56,005 bases of DNA from a virus (taxonomy: Duplodnaviria > Caudoviricetes). Under the pieces are notes generated by a model that saw only the letters and a list, made by a program, of their open reading frames with translations, was not told the origin of the DNA and made no database searches. Below are positions 28,002 through 37,597 of the stretch, in pieces. The translations under genes and the position numbers were made by a program. Location of the stretch: positions 1 through 56,005 of the IMG/VR virus record IMGVR_UViG_3300027971_000061; one strand, 5' to 3'. Within the stretch, counting starts at the first letter, position 1. The number at the start of each line of letters is the position of its first letter.

Positions 28002-28424
28002 ATGGCAAATCCAAATATTGTTAACGTCACAAGTATTTACGGCAGTACAGCGTACCAGTTTCCAACAGCAATCACTGCTAACTTGGTTGCATGGACATAT
28101 GCAGGTGTTCCACCTGCAACATCTGGTACAACTTCTTTGACAGGATTGACACCCGCTTCTGGGTCAGTTAATCGTGTCACAAGTATTGTTGTATCAAACA
28201 TTACTTCAAGTGCGGCTAACTGTACGGTGGCTTTTCACGATTCAACTGCTGGCGGCGGAAATGCACAATACATTGCATACCAAGTCAGTGTTCCACCTAA
28301 TGCTTCATTGATTGTGATGGACAAGACTACATCGGTCTATGTTACTGAATATCAGTCAATTAGCGTGACTTCTGGAACTGCTAGTGCATTGAAATATGTT
28401 GCCACACTAGAAACTATCACCTGA
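28002..28424 (+). CDS. Tail-associated beta-sandwich protein
   Basis: MANPNIVNVTSIYG N-terminus; AAGGA RBS. Confidence 0.7.
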   Translation: MANPNIVNVTSIYGSTAYQFPTAITANLVAWTYAGVPPATSGTTSLTGLTPASGSVNRVTSIVVSNITSSAANCTVAFHDSTAGGGNAQYIAYQVSVPPNASLIVMDKTTSVYVTEYQSISVTSGTASALKYVATLETIT

Positions 28425-28436
28425 TAGGAGGTTCTC

Positions 28437-29351
28437 ATGGGACTTCGATATACGGGCGGCATTCTTTCTGTCGGGCTTGACGGCATCAATTCACCTGTAA
28501 CAGCGGTGGAATACCTTGTCGTGGCTGGCGGGGGTGGTGGCGGTTCAGAGAATTACAACTCTGGATGTGGAGGCGGTGGTGGCGCTGGCGGTCTTTTAAC
28601 GGTTAATGGGTATGCTGTTACTGTGGGTTCTGCAATTACGATTACTGTAGGTGCTGGAGGCGCTGGTGCGCCAAACAGTGCGGTAGCGGCTGTTCAAGGT
28701 ACAAATTCAACTATTGTCGGTGGCGCAACCATAACTGCTACAGGTGGCGGTTACGGCGGAGGTGGTGGAACTGCGGGTACAACGCCCGGCGGTGCTGGCG
28801 GGTCTGGTGGCGGTGCTGGATGGTTTGCTGGCGGTACAGGTACTGCTGGACAAGGAAACAACGGGGCTTCATTTACCAGCGGATTTAATGGAAGTTTATA
28901 TTGGGGCGGCGGCGGCGGCGGTGCTGGTAGTGTTGGACTCTCTGAAAACACAACTCCTTTTGGTCAAACAGGGGGCGCAGGGGTAACGTCATCAATAACA
29001 GGAACAGCCATTCAATACGCTGGTGGTGGTGGCGGTGGAGTTTATGATCCCGGAAATACTGGTTTTCAATGTTTAGGTTCAGCAGGGGGCGGAAATGGTG
29101 GAAGCGGCACTGGTTCTGGAGCATTACTTTTTACAGCTACGAGTGGCTTTGCCAATACAGGTGGCGGTGGTGGTGGCTCTGGAAATTTTGTTAATTCTAA
29201 AGTTGGAGGTGCTGGAGGTTCAGGCATCGTAGTAATTCGCTACCCCTCTTACTTAGCCCCCGCCACATCAACAACAGGCTCTCCTGAAATGTACGTTGCA
29301 GGCGCATGGCGCGTGTACAAGTTTGTTGCCTCTGGCACTATCACATTCTGA
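28437..29351 (+). CDS. Glycine-rich virion protein, paralog 1
   Basis: VEYLVVAGGGGG...GGSGIVVIRY...FVASGTITF. Confidence 0.8.
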   Translation: MGLRYTGGILSVGLDGINSPVTAVEYLVVAGGGGGGSENYNSGCGGGGGAGGLLTVNGYAVTVGSAITITVGAGGAGAPNSAVAAVQGTNSTIVGGATITATGGGYGGGGGTAGTTPGGAGGSGGGAGWFAGGTGTAGQGNNGASFTSGFNGSLYWGGGGGGAGSVGLSENTTPFGQTGGAGVTSSITGTAIQYAGGGGGGVYDPGNTGFQCLGSAGGGNGGSGTGSGALLFTATSGFANTGGGGGGSGNFVNSKVGGAGGSGIVVIRYPSYLAPATSTTGSPEMYVAGAWRVYKFVASGTITF

Positions 29352-29357
29352 GGTTCT

Positions 29358-30248
29358 ATGGCAAACGGTTTATTTAATCTCAAGCAAGTCATGCAAGCTG
29401 TTCAGCAAGGTGGTTGGCCTAATCAAAGAACTCCGTCAGTTGAATACTTAGTTGTTGCTGGCGGTGGTTCTGGTGGATGGGATCAGGGCGGTGGAGGTGG
29501 TGCAGGTGGTTTGCTGACAGGACTTGATCCTGTTCCAAATGGTCAAACACTTCTTGTAACTGTAGGCGGTGGTGGCGCTGGTGTAACAAGCGGTCGAGGT
29601 AATAACGGAACTGATTCTGTCTTTGGGCAAATTTCTGCGGTTGGTGGAGGTGGTGCAGGGGCATACAGCAATCCTCCCGGAACTACTAATTTGGGCAAAG
29701 ATGGTGGCTCTGGTGGCGGTGCTGGTGGAAGCGAAGGCGCGAGACAGCCCGGAGGCCAAGGCACATTTGCTCAAGGAAATGCTGGCGGAGGAGGAGGCAA
29801 CAATTCGGGTTATGGCGGCGGCGGCGGCGGTGGCGGCGGTGCAGGCGCAGTTGGGTCTTCTGTAGCAAACTTAAGCGCAAGTCCCGGCGGCAACGGGGGG
29901 CCGGGAGTCGCTTCTGCAATCTCTGGGACTGTTACAGCGTATGCTGGTGGTGGTGGTGGCAATAAAGGTGGCGGCACTCCCGGTCAAGGTGGCGCAGGTG
30001 GCGGAGGCGCGGCATCTAGTTCTACAACTGTAGCTGGAACGGCTGGAACAGCTAACACTGGAGGCGGTGGTGGCGGTGTTTGGAACACAGGCGGTGCTTA
30101 CCCTTCTGGCGCAGGCGGCTCTGGCATTGTTATTATTCGCCATCCAGTTGCATACGCTGATGCAACTTCATACTCACCAGCTACAAAAACAACATCAAAT
30201 GGGTACACAATTTATACCTTCCTTTCTTCTGGTTCAATTACCTTCTAA
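29358..30248 (+). CDS. Glycine-rich virion protein, paralog 2
   Basis: Same domain boundaries as paralog 1. Confidence 0.8.
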   Translation: MANGLFNLKQVMQAVQQGGWPNQRTPSVEYLVVAGGGSGGWDQGGGGGAGGLLTGLDPVPNGQTLLVTVGGGGAGVTSGRGNNGTDSVFGQISAVGGGGAGAYSNPPGTTNLGKDGGSGGGAGGSEGARQPGGQGTFAQGNAGGGGGNNSGYGGGGGGGGGAGAVGSSVANLSASPGGNGGPGVASAISGTVTAYAGGGGGNKGGGTPGQGGAGGGGAASSSTTVAGTAGTANTGGGGGGVWNTGGAYPSGAGGSGIVIIRHPVAYADATSYSPATKTTSNGYTIYTFLSSGSITF

Positions 30249-30257
30249 GGAATAGAC

Positions 30258-31379
30258 ATGAGTAATAGATTAGGTGGTTTTATTGCAGGGCAGAACATCA
30301 GTGCCTCTATTGGCACGTTCACGGCTGTAACTTCACCGACCTTTACCTTTGGTTCTACGCAAGGGACTCCTTCTGTGGGTCAGGCTGTGCAGTTAACAAC
30401 CACTGGCACTTTGCCAACTGGCTTATCTTTAAACACAACGTACTATGTCATTAGTACAAGTACAAACACTTGCCAATTATCTACAACGCTTGGCGGCTCT
30501 GCTGTCACGTTCACAAACAGTTCAGGTTCTGGCACTCACACTGCTGTAACCCAACGCGCATTCAATCCTTATGCTGGCGCTCCTGATACTGTTGAATATC
30601 TAGTGGTCGCTGGTGGGGGTGGGGGTGGAACTTATTTTGGTGGCGGGGGTGGTGCTGGTGGTTTGCTTCAAGCCGCAGGTTTTGCAGTTACTGCGGGTTC
30701 TGCTATTACTGTGACTGTAGGTGCTGGCGGTACGGGACAAGCCTCTGGTAATTCCACCCAAGCAACCAATGGCAATAATTCTGTATTTAGTTCAATTACT
30801 GCTATAGGTGGCGGTTTTGGCGGTGGATACAATGGCGGCGCTTCTGGAAATGGCGGCTCTGGCGGAGGCGCTAGAGGCGCAGGTGCATCAGGTGCGGCGG
30901 GGACGGGAACAGCGGGTCAAGGTTTTGCTGGTGGCGGCGCTGGTAGCGGGGCTTGTAATTCTGGTGGTGGTGGCTCTGGTTCTGTGGGATTAGCATATGG
31001 GGGCGGTAATGGTGGCGGTGGCGGTACAGGAACTTGCTCCAGTATCACAGGCACAAGAGTTTTTTATGCTGGTGGTGGAGGTGGCGGTGCTAACAACACA
31101 TCTCCCGGTGGAAATGGCGGGTTAGGTTGCGCTGGCGGTAGCGATGGAACCTATGATGTTTCGTCTGCCAATGCTTTGGCTAATTCAGGAAGTGGGTCTG
31201 GTGGTACAGGGCAGAATGCAACGAGCGTTAATTCAGGTAACGGTGGGTCTGGTATCGTTATTGTTCGTTACCCGCAACTCAATTCAGCCCCAGCGCTAGT
31301 AACAGGTTCCCCCCAAGTAAACTACGCAGACGGCTATCAGATTTACACATTCACATCTTCAGGTTCAATTATTTTCTAA
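30258..31379 (+). CDS. Glycine-rich virion protein, paralog 3 (extra N-terminal LPTGL..TTYYV module)
   Basis: Same Gly-rich domain. Confidence 0.8.
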   Translation: MSNRLGGFIAGQNISASIGTFTAVTSPTFTFGSTQGTPSVGQAVQLTTTGTLPTGLSLNTTYYVISTSTNTCQLSTTLGGSAVTFTNSSGSGTHTAVTQRAFNPYAGAPDTVEYLVVAGGGGGGTYFGGGGGAGGLLQAAGFAVTAGSAITVTVGAGGTGQASGNSTQATNGNNSVFSSITAIGGGFGGGYNGGASGNGGSGGGARGAGASGAAGTGTAGQGFAGGGAGSGACNSGGGGSGSVGLAYGGGNGGGGGTGTCSSITGTRVFYAGGGGGGANNTSPGGNGGLGCAGGSDGTYDVSSANALANSGSGSGGTGQNATSVNSGNGGSGIVIVRYPQLNSAPALVTGSPQVNYADGYQIYTFTSSGSIIF

Positions 31380-31388
31380 GGAGCAATC

Positions 31389-31751
31389 ATGAGCCATTTC
31401 GCAAAAGTAGAGAACGGTGTAGTGACGCAAGTCATCGTCATCGAGCAGGATGTTTTAAACCTTGGTCACTGGGGCGACCCAGCATCTTGGGTTCAGACCT
31501 CATACAACACCCAAGGTGGTGTTCACAAACTTGGTGGTACACCACTGCGTAAAAACTACGCTGGTATTGGTTACACATACGATGCACAACGTGATGCGTT
31601 TATACCTCCCAAGCCTTTTGCGTCTTGGTTGCTAGATGAAGGCACTTGTCAGTGGAGCGCACCTACAGCCATGCCTGTTGTAGAGGGCAAAATGTTTAGA
31701 TGGGACGAACCCACAACTTCTTGGGTTGAAGTCGTAGCGCCAACAGTTTAA
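31389..31751 (+). CDS. Conserved partner protein of Gly-rich tail proteins
   Basis: MSHFAKV...WVQTSYN...RKNYAGIGYTYD...DAFIPPKPF.SW. Confidence 0.75.
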   Translation: MSHFAKVENGVVTQVIVIEQDVLNLGHWGDPASWVQTSYNTQGGVHKLGGTPLRKNYAGIGYTYDAQRDAFIPPKPFASWLLDEGTCQWSAPTAMPVVEGKMFRWDEPTTSWVEVVAPTV

Positions 31752-31763
31752 TCGGAGCAAGAG

Positions 31764-33455
31764 ATGCCTCAATACAGCGGAATGTGGACACTGAGTCAAG
31801 TCAGTCAGGCGGTCAAAAACCTGAATTGGACGGGCGTTCCTCCGTCTGTTGTTGAGTATTTGATTGTTGCTGGAGGTGGCGGGGGGGCTGGTGCTTCTCC
31901 TAATTTCACAAGTGGCGGTGGGGGTGGTGCTGGTGGATTGCTTGCTGGTTATGCAGGCATTACCCTTGGTTCTTCTTACTTTGTAACTGTAGGTTCTGGG
32001 GGCGCAGGATTTAATGGTTATGCTGGTGTTGGTGGGACTGGCGGTACTTCTGTTTTTGATTCCACAACTTCTAATGCGGCTACAGGGCGTATTGTTGCTT
32101 CAGGCGGTGGCGGTGGCGCTGGATATGGAAATAATGGTGTTGCTGGAGGCTCAGGTGGTGGTGGTTCAAATGGCCCCGCCCCCGGTGGCGCTGGAACTTC
32201 TGGACAAGGCTTTGCTGGGGGCGCTGGCGGTTCTTATGGAGGTGTTGGAGTCTCACAAGGTGCTGGTGGTGGAGGTGGTGCAGGTACAGTCGGTTTAAGC
32301 AATGCTACTTTAATTGGTGGTAATGGGGGCGCGGGTATTGCAAGTGCAATTAACGGAACCGTGACTACATATGCTGGTGGTGGTGGCGGCGGTGCTTGTA
32401 ATAGCACTAGTGGAGCGGGTGGTGTTGGCGGTGGCGGTAACGGAGCGTCAACTACTGCCGCAAATGGCTCTGCTGGAACTGCAAATACTGGCGGAGGTGG
32501 CGGGGGTGCGGCTAGTGGACTATCTGGTTTTTATACTGGTGGTAACGGTGGTACAGGCGTTGTTATTCTTCGCTATCCCGGCTCAATTCAATATTTCACT
32601 GGTGGCACAGTAACTACAGGCAACGGCTATGTTGTCCATTCATTTACTTCTTCTGGAACTTTAGCGCCTACTACTCCTACTAATTTAGGAAATGTTGTGG
32701 TGTTTTATGCCTCTGGAACATGGACAGCCCCTGTTGGCGTTACTTCTATTGAATATTTGGTAGTTGCTGGCGGCGGTGGCGGTTCATTTGGTGGTGGCGG
32801 TGCTGGTGGTTTACTTACAGGTTCAGGATTGTCTGTAACTCCGGGAACTCCTTACACTATTACAGTAGGTGCGGGTGGAGTTGGTCGAGGAACTGTTTCA
32901 CAATACGGCTCAACAGTTACTAATGGTACTAATTCTTTACTTGGAACTTTAGTCAATGGAAGTACAGGCGCAGTTGGTGGAGGTTACGGTGGTAGCCAAA
33001 CTGCTAACACAGGCTCTGGCGGTTTAGGCGGCTCTGGCGGGGGCGGAGGACACGGATCAGGAAGTGGTGGTGGCTTAATCTCTCCAGCCAATGGTGGTGC
33101 GGCAACTTCTGGTCAAGGATATGCGGGTGGAACTGGGCGTGAACCAAGTAACTACACTGGTGGCGGCGGTGGCGGTGCTGGTGCGGTCGGTGCAGACGCA
33201 TCAACCGCACCAACTGGTGGAAATGGCGGTGTAGGACTAGCATCAAGCATAACTGGAAGTAGCGTTTACTATGCGGGTGGAGGTGGTGGTGGGTATGCTA
33301 GTACAGGTGGTTTAGGTGGAGGTGGAGCCGCTTCACCTGATGATGGGACAACACGAGCAACTGCGGGAACTGCCAGTACAGGTGGTGGCGGTGGTGGTGG
33401 AAATGGCACAGGTCAAAACGGCGGCTCTGGCATCGTAATCATCAAGTGGAGCTAA
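31764..33455 (+). CDS. Glycine-rich virion protein, paralog 4 (two domains)
   Basis: Two (V/I)EYL(I/V)VAGGGGG...G(V/I)VI units. Confidence 0.8.
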   Translation: MPQYSGMWTLSQVSQAVKNLNWTGVPPSVVEYLIVAGGGGGAGASPNFTSGGGGGAGGLLAGYAGITLGSSYFVTVGSGGAGFNGYAGVGGTGGTSVFDSTTSNAATGRIVASGGGGGAGYGNNGVAGGSGGGGSNGPAPGGAGTSGQGFAGGAGGSYGGVGVSQGAGGGGGAGTVGLSNATLIGGNGGAGIASAINGTVTTYAGGGGGGACNSTSGAGGVGGGGNGASTTAANGSAGTANTGGGGGGAASGLSGFYTGGNGGTGVVILRYPGSIQYFTGGTVTTGNGYVVHSFTSSGTLAPTTPTNLGNVVVFYASGTWTAPVGVTSIEYLVVAGGGGGSFGGGGAGGLLTGSGLSVTPGTPYTITVGAGGVGRGTVSQYGSTVTNGTNSLLGTLVNGSTGAVGGGYGGSQTANTGSGGLGGSGGGGGHGSGSGGGLISPANGGAATSGQGYAGGTGREPSNYTGGGGGGAGAVGADASTAPTGGNGGVGLASSITGSSVYYAGGGGGGYASTGGLGGGGAASPDDGTTRATAGTASTGGGGGGGNGTGQNGGSGIVIIKWS

Positions 33456-33457
33456 TC

Positions 33458-33652
33458 TTGGAAGCAACTGAAACCAAATTAGCCGTACACGAAGCCATCT
33501 GCACTGAACGATACAACAGTATTGATCGTTCTTTGCGTGATGGGGACAAGCGCATGACGAAGATTGAGTACCTCTTGTATGGGGTGATCGTGTGCGTGCT
33601 GTTCGGTCCGGGCGTGGCTGGAGAACTCCTCAAAAAAGTTTTGGGTATTTAA
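33458..33652 (+). CDS. Small coiled-coil plus transmembrane protein (holin-like/XhlA-like)
   Basis: GGAG RBS then TTG 33458; HEAICTERY coiled coil and C-terminal hydrophobic helix. Confidence 0.6.
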   Translation: MEATETKLAVHEAICTERYNSIDRSLRDGDKRMTKIEYLLYGVIVCVLFGPGVAGELLKKVLGI

Positions 33653-33671
33653 CCAGAGGCTCACATGACAT

Positions 33672-33959
33672 ATGCGCTGGCTCATACTGTTACTGCTGTT
33701 AGGGCTGGTTGGAGCCGTAGCCAAGAATGGCTGTTATGTCCGCGAGTTCTATGGAATTGGTTATACAGTCCACAACCCCATAGAGCGTTACACAGAGATG
33801 CTGGCATGGTTAGAGCGCAATGCATCCCACTGCAAGACAAACGATTATGTGATGATTTGGAACAATCTACCCAATTGGGCAGGAACTTCAGACACTGCGC
33901 AACTTAGAAGCGCGGTCATCAAAGGTTACACAGATGCACTTGATCGAGAGAAAAAATAA
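33672..33959 (+). CDS. Small exported protein with signal peptide and two Cys
   Basis: MRWLILLLLLGLVGAVA signal; located in the lysis cassette. Confidence 0.7.
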   Translation: MRWLILLLLLGLVGAVAKNGCYVREFYGIGYTVHNPIERYTEMLAWLERNASHCKTNDYVMIWNNLPNWAGTSDTAQLRSAVIKGYTDALDREKK

Positions 33960-34651
33960 TGGTTACAAAGAAAGTCCCAGCCAAAGTAGCGCCTGTTAAG
34001 CGACGAACAGCCACACCAAAAGTTGAGGTTGCTTCTAAGCCAGAAGCCAAAAAAGATGACAGTACCGTTGGCAAAGTGATTGGCTTGATTGAATGGGTGG
34101 ACAATCCCTTCAAACTGTTTACGGTTATCTTGCTGTCGTTCCTGTTTTTTGCGGGTTATTTTGCTTGGGATTCACGCACGGTCATTCTGAACGCCATCAC
34201 AAGTTCAAGTCATCAGCCACAGCTTAAAGAAATCAAAGTTTTAGAACACGTTGCTGAAAGACTGAAAAAAGACTTGGAAGCTGAGACTGTATTGGTTCAC
34301 AAGGTAGCCCTAGTTGTAAACAGCAGGGTCACGCTACTTTCGTATGGCCCAAAGGGTCGAGACACTACTCTTGATGGTTACAACTCCACTCTGTTTGGCA
34401 AAGATGCTACCCGCAATGCCGCAGTGATTGCCATGATGAATGGCGAGGTGCATTGCGACAAGCTGGTTGCCTCTGGAAAAACATCGGACTGGGAAGAGAA
34501 ACAGGGCGTAGGCTTTATCTGTCGTGGTTCTATCCCACCTGAAATGGGCGCATTTGAAGGTTATATTTCTGTTGGCTTTACCAAAGAACCCCAAGACCTT
34601 GGCGCTGTTAAGACTCGCATTAACTTAGCATCAACTGAAATGGCTAAATAA
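33959..34651 (+). CDS. Single-pass membrane protein with putative periplasmic GAF-like domain
   Basis: Basic N-terminus, TM LFTVILLSFLFFAGYFAW, C-terminal ICRGSIPP...GYISVGF. Confidence 0.65.
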   Translation: MVTKKVPAKVAPVKRRTATPKVEVASKPEAKKDDSTVGKVIGLIEWVDNPFKLFTVILLSFLFFAGYFAWDSRTVILNAITSSSHQPQLKEIKVLEHVAERLKKDLEAETVLVHKVALVVNSRVTLLSYGPKGRDTTLDGYNSTLFGKDATRNAAVIAMMNGEVHCDKLVASGKTSDWEEKQGVGFICRGSIPPEMGAFEGYISVGFTKEPQDLGAVKTRINLASTEMAK

Positions 34652-34652
34652 A

Positions 34653-35168
34653 ATGGCACAGTTTGAACCAGCTTTTGAGCAGATGATGAAAGACGAGGGC
34701 GGCTACGTCCTTCACGAAGTACCCAACGACACTGGCGGTATGACCTATGCAGGTATTGCTCGTAACAAGAACCCGCAGTGGGCTGGCTGGGCTTTGGTAG
34801 ACAAGAAAGAGTTTGGCGGCTCCTTGACGCCTATGGTGCGTGAGTTCTATCGCATTGAGTTTTGGGACAAAATGCGCGGCAATGAGATTGCCAACCAAGA
34901 CGTAGCAAACACCATCTTCAATTTTGGCGTCAATGCTGGGCTAGGCATGGCTGTGAAGCTGGCTCAGTTGATCGTTGGCGCTACCCCTGACGGCGGGATT
35001 GGTGCCAAAACCATTGAAAAACTAAACCAAGTCAATGACGGTCAAAGATTCAAAGAGTCTTATGCGTTGGCAAAAATTGCTCGTTACGTTGAAATTTGCA
35101 ACAAGAACCCTGTGCAGGTTAAGTTCCTCAAAGGTTGGATTAACCGCACACTGAAAGGTCTAGCATGA
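34653..35168 (+). CDS. Endolysin, GH108 lysozyme with peptidoglycan-binding domain
   Basis: EGGYV...DTGGMTYAGI, DGGIGAKT and FLKGWINR. Confidence 0.93.
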   Translation: MAQFEPAFEQMMKDEGGYVLHEVPNDTGGMTYAGIARNKNPQWAGWALVDKKEFGGSLTPMVREFYRIEFWDKMRGNEIANQDVANTIFNFGVNAGLGMAVKLAQLIVGATPDGGIGAKTIEKLNQVNDGQRFKESYALAKIARYVEICNKNPVQVKFLKGWINRTLKGLA

Positions 35169-35602
35169 GTTTGCTTGCTGTTGGATCAATTATTGAAGCT
35201 GTGGGCAAGGTTGCAGGCGACCTGATCACCACTGACAAAGAAAAGATGGAGATGGAGATTGAGCAACGTAAGCTCGATCTTGAAGAAAAACGTATTGACC
35301 AAGCTACAGACTTAGCCCAGATCGAGGTCAACAAGATCGAAGCCTCCTCTAGTAGCGTGTTTGTCAGCGGCTGGAGACCTGCCATTGGTTGGATCGGTGT
35401 GGCGGCTATGGGGTACCAGTTTTTAGCCTACCCGCTGTTGCAGTGGGCGTGGAAATACTTGCAAGCTATGGGCTGGGTGCCTATTGGTATGGAACCTCCC
35501 CCAGTGCTTGAGGCTGACCAACTATGGGTCATCCTCTCAGGCATCTTGGGAATCGCTGGCATGAGAAGTTTTGAGAAGACTAAGGGTGTGGCAAGCAAGT
35601 AA
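35165..35602 (+). CDS. Holin of 3TM (GTA-type) family
   Basis: FVSGWRPAIGW...LGIAGMRSFEK; ATGA coupling to the endolysin. Confidence 0.88.
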   Translation: MSLLAVGSIIEAVGKVAGDLITTDKEKMEMEIEQRKLDLEEKRIDQATDLAQIEVNKIEASSSSVFVSGWRPAIGWIGVAAMGYQFLAYPLLQWAWKYLQAMGWVPIGMEPPPVLEADQLWVILSGILGIAGMRSFEKTKGVASK

Positions 35603-35604
35603 CC

Positions 35605-35633
35605 TTGTCACAAGTGAAAAGGCAGATTAAAAT
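35605..35633 (+). promoter_or_regulatory. Putative sigma70 promoter
   Basis: TTGTCA-N17-TAAAAT upstream of 35661. Confidence 0.65.
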
Positions 35634-35660
35634 GCCTCAACGAATTTAAGAGGTGAACGC

Positions 35661-36296
35661 ATGACGACCGCAAGTGTTATGACCTATGACAGTTTGGTCG
35701 AAAACATCCAGTCTTATCTGGAGCGTACTGACACCGCCACGCTGGACAAGATCCCCCTGTTTATCATGCTCGCTGAGCAGGTTATAGCCTCTCAGATCAA
35801 GTTTTTGGGCAACCTGACTGTCAATACCAGCACCATGACAATTGGCGCCAACGTGATCGACAAGCCAGCTCGTTGGCACAAAACAGTGTCCATGAACATC
35901 ACAGTATCTGGTGAACGCCAACCAGTCTTTAATCGTAGGTATGAGTACCTAAGAGAGTACTGGCCTAACCCCACCTCCACAAACGTCCCCGAGTTTTACT
36001 GCGACTACGACTACACCCACTGGATGGTAGCTCCTACACCTGCCGCGGCTTATGACTTTGAGGTCTTGTACTACGAGCGCGTTCAACCCTTGGACAGCTC
36101 TAACCAGACCAACTGGTTTACCATCTACGCTCCGCAAGCTTTGCTGTACGGATCACTGTTGCAAGCTATGCCGTTCCTTAAGAATGACGACCGCATACCC
36201 ATGTGGCAGGCTCAGTACAAGCTGATCATGGATATATTGACGGCTGAGGACAAGTTGCGTATTGGAGATCGTCAAGCAATCGCTAACGACAGTTAA
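35661..36296 (+). CDS. Tail adaptor / head-tail connector protein
   Basis: MTYDSL...IPLFIMLAE...APTP...QTNW...LLYGSLLQAMPFLKND. Confidence 0.75.
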   Translation: MTTASVMTYDSLVENIQSYLERTDTATLDKIPLFIMLAEQVIASQIKFLGNLTVNTSTMTIGANVIDKPARWHKTVSMNITVSGERQPVFNRRYEYLREYWPNPTSTNVPEFYCDYDYTHWMVAPTPAAAYDFEVLYYERVQPLDSSNQTNWFTIYAPQALLYGSLLQAMPFLKNDDRIPMWQAQYKLIMDILTAEDKLRIGDRQAIANDS

Positions 36297-36304
36297 GGAC
36301 AAAC

Positions 36305-37597
36305 ATGAGCTACAACTCACCATTCACAGGTAACGTCATTCAACCGACTGACGTTTCTTACCGTTCGGTTACGCTGAGCGCAAACACCCAGTTACAGTGG
36401 CCAATCAACGGGAACGCTACGGACGACTTTGCGGCTAGGATTATGGACGTTACCGCGTCTGCGTCTAGCCTTAGCCTGTACATGCCTCCAGCCAACCAAG
36501 CCTCTGTAGGTCAAGATGCGCTGATTCGTAACACAGGGGCTAATACCTTTACGGTCAAAGACTACGCTGGCGCCAACACAATCATCTCTGTTGCCGCTGG
36601 TCAGTCAAGATATGTCTACATCACAGCCAACCCTACGGTCACAGGCACGTGGAGCAACATCTCTTTTGGTACTGGAACATCCTCTGCCGATGCCTCTACA
36701 TTAGCTGGCTATGGTTTGGTAGCAAGCGGTTTAACTTTAAATCAGAGTCATCCAGCACAGACTCTTGTGACTGCTGGAACTTTTGCTACAACAGATAGAG
36801 CACAAACTTCTGTTTGGACTGGTGGAGCTGGTACTTACAACCTCCCATCAGCTTCAACCATTGGAAACAATTGGTTCACGTTGTTTAAAAACAGTGGCAC
36901 AGGCTCAATGGTCATATCAGCCGCTGACAACATTGATGGCGCAGGAACAAAGACCTTTGCTCCTAATGAGTCTGCTTTCATTGTTAGCACTGGTGTAACC
37001 TATTTGACTGTAGGCTATGGTGTCAGCAACCAATTCTTCTACACGTCTTTGGTTAAAGCTGTTGTTACAGGGTCATACACTTTAACTTCAAGTGAAGCTA
37101 CAAACACCATTCAAACATATACAGGAACTTTGACTGGTAACGTGACGGTCGTTTACCCACCTGTGGTGAACTTGTACGTAATTAAAAACTCTGTGACCGC
37201 AGGTGGTTTTACACTTACCGTAGGAACTGGGGTTGGAACGTCTGTGGTCATTCCTTCTGGTCAACAGGTAACTTTGGCTTGCGACGGAACTAACTTCTTT
37301 AACGCCAACACCTCTCAAGCTGGCTCCATTACCACTTTGAGCCTAGCTGACGGCAACGTAGGGTCGCCTTCTTTGAACTTTGGTAGCGAAGCAACCACAG
37401 GCGTGTTTCGTGCTGGTGCTGGACAATTTAATACTTCTATTTTGGGTGTTTTAAGGTCTACGCTTTCAGCGACGGGATTGACAATTGTTGGTGGCGTTGC
37501 TGGGACAACTGGAACATTTTCAGGTGCGGTTGTTGGTAGTACCACTGGAACATTTGGAAGTGGCGTTACTGGTGGTATTGCTGGGGGCACGTTCTAA
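36305..37597 (+). CDS. Tail structural protein
   Basis: Thr/Ser/Gly-rich beta protein ending IAGGTF, like the 25857 fibre. Confidence 0.7.
   Translation: MSYNSPFTGNVIQPTDVSYRSVTLSANTQLQWPINGNATDDFAARIMDVTASASSLSLYMPPANQASVGQDALIRNTGANTFTVKDYAGANTIISVAAGQSRYVYITANPTVTGTWSNISFGTGTSSADASTLAGYGLVASGLTLNQSHPAQTLVTAGTFATTDRAQTSVWTGGAGTYNLPSASTIGNNWFTLFKNSGTGSMVISAADNIDGAGTKTFAPNESAFIVSTGVTYLTVGYGVSNQFFYTSLVKAVVTGSYTLTSSEATNTIQTYTGTLTGNVTVVYPPVVNLYVIKNSVTAGGFTLTVGTGVGTSVVIPSGQQVTLACDGTNFFNANTSQAGSITTLSLADGNVGSPSLNFGSEATTGVFRAGAGQFNTSILGVLRSTLSATGLTIVGGVAGTTGTFSGAVVGSTTGTFGSGVTGGIAGGTF

Noticed and set aside
28437-33455. Diversity-generating retroelement acting on the Gly-rich paralogs
   Set aside because: No reverse transcriptase and no near-identical TR/VR pair with adenine-specific differences was seen.
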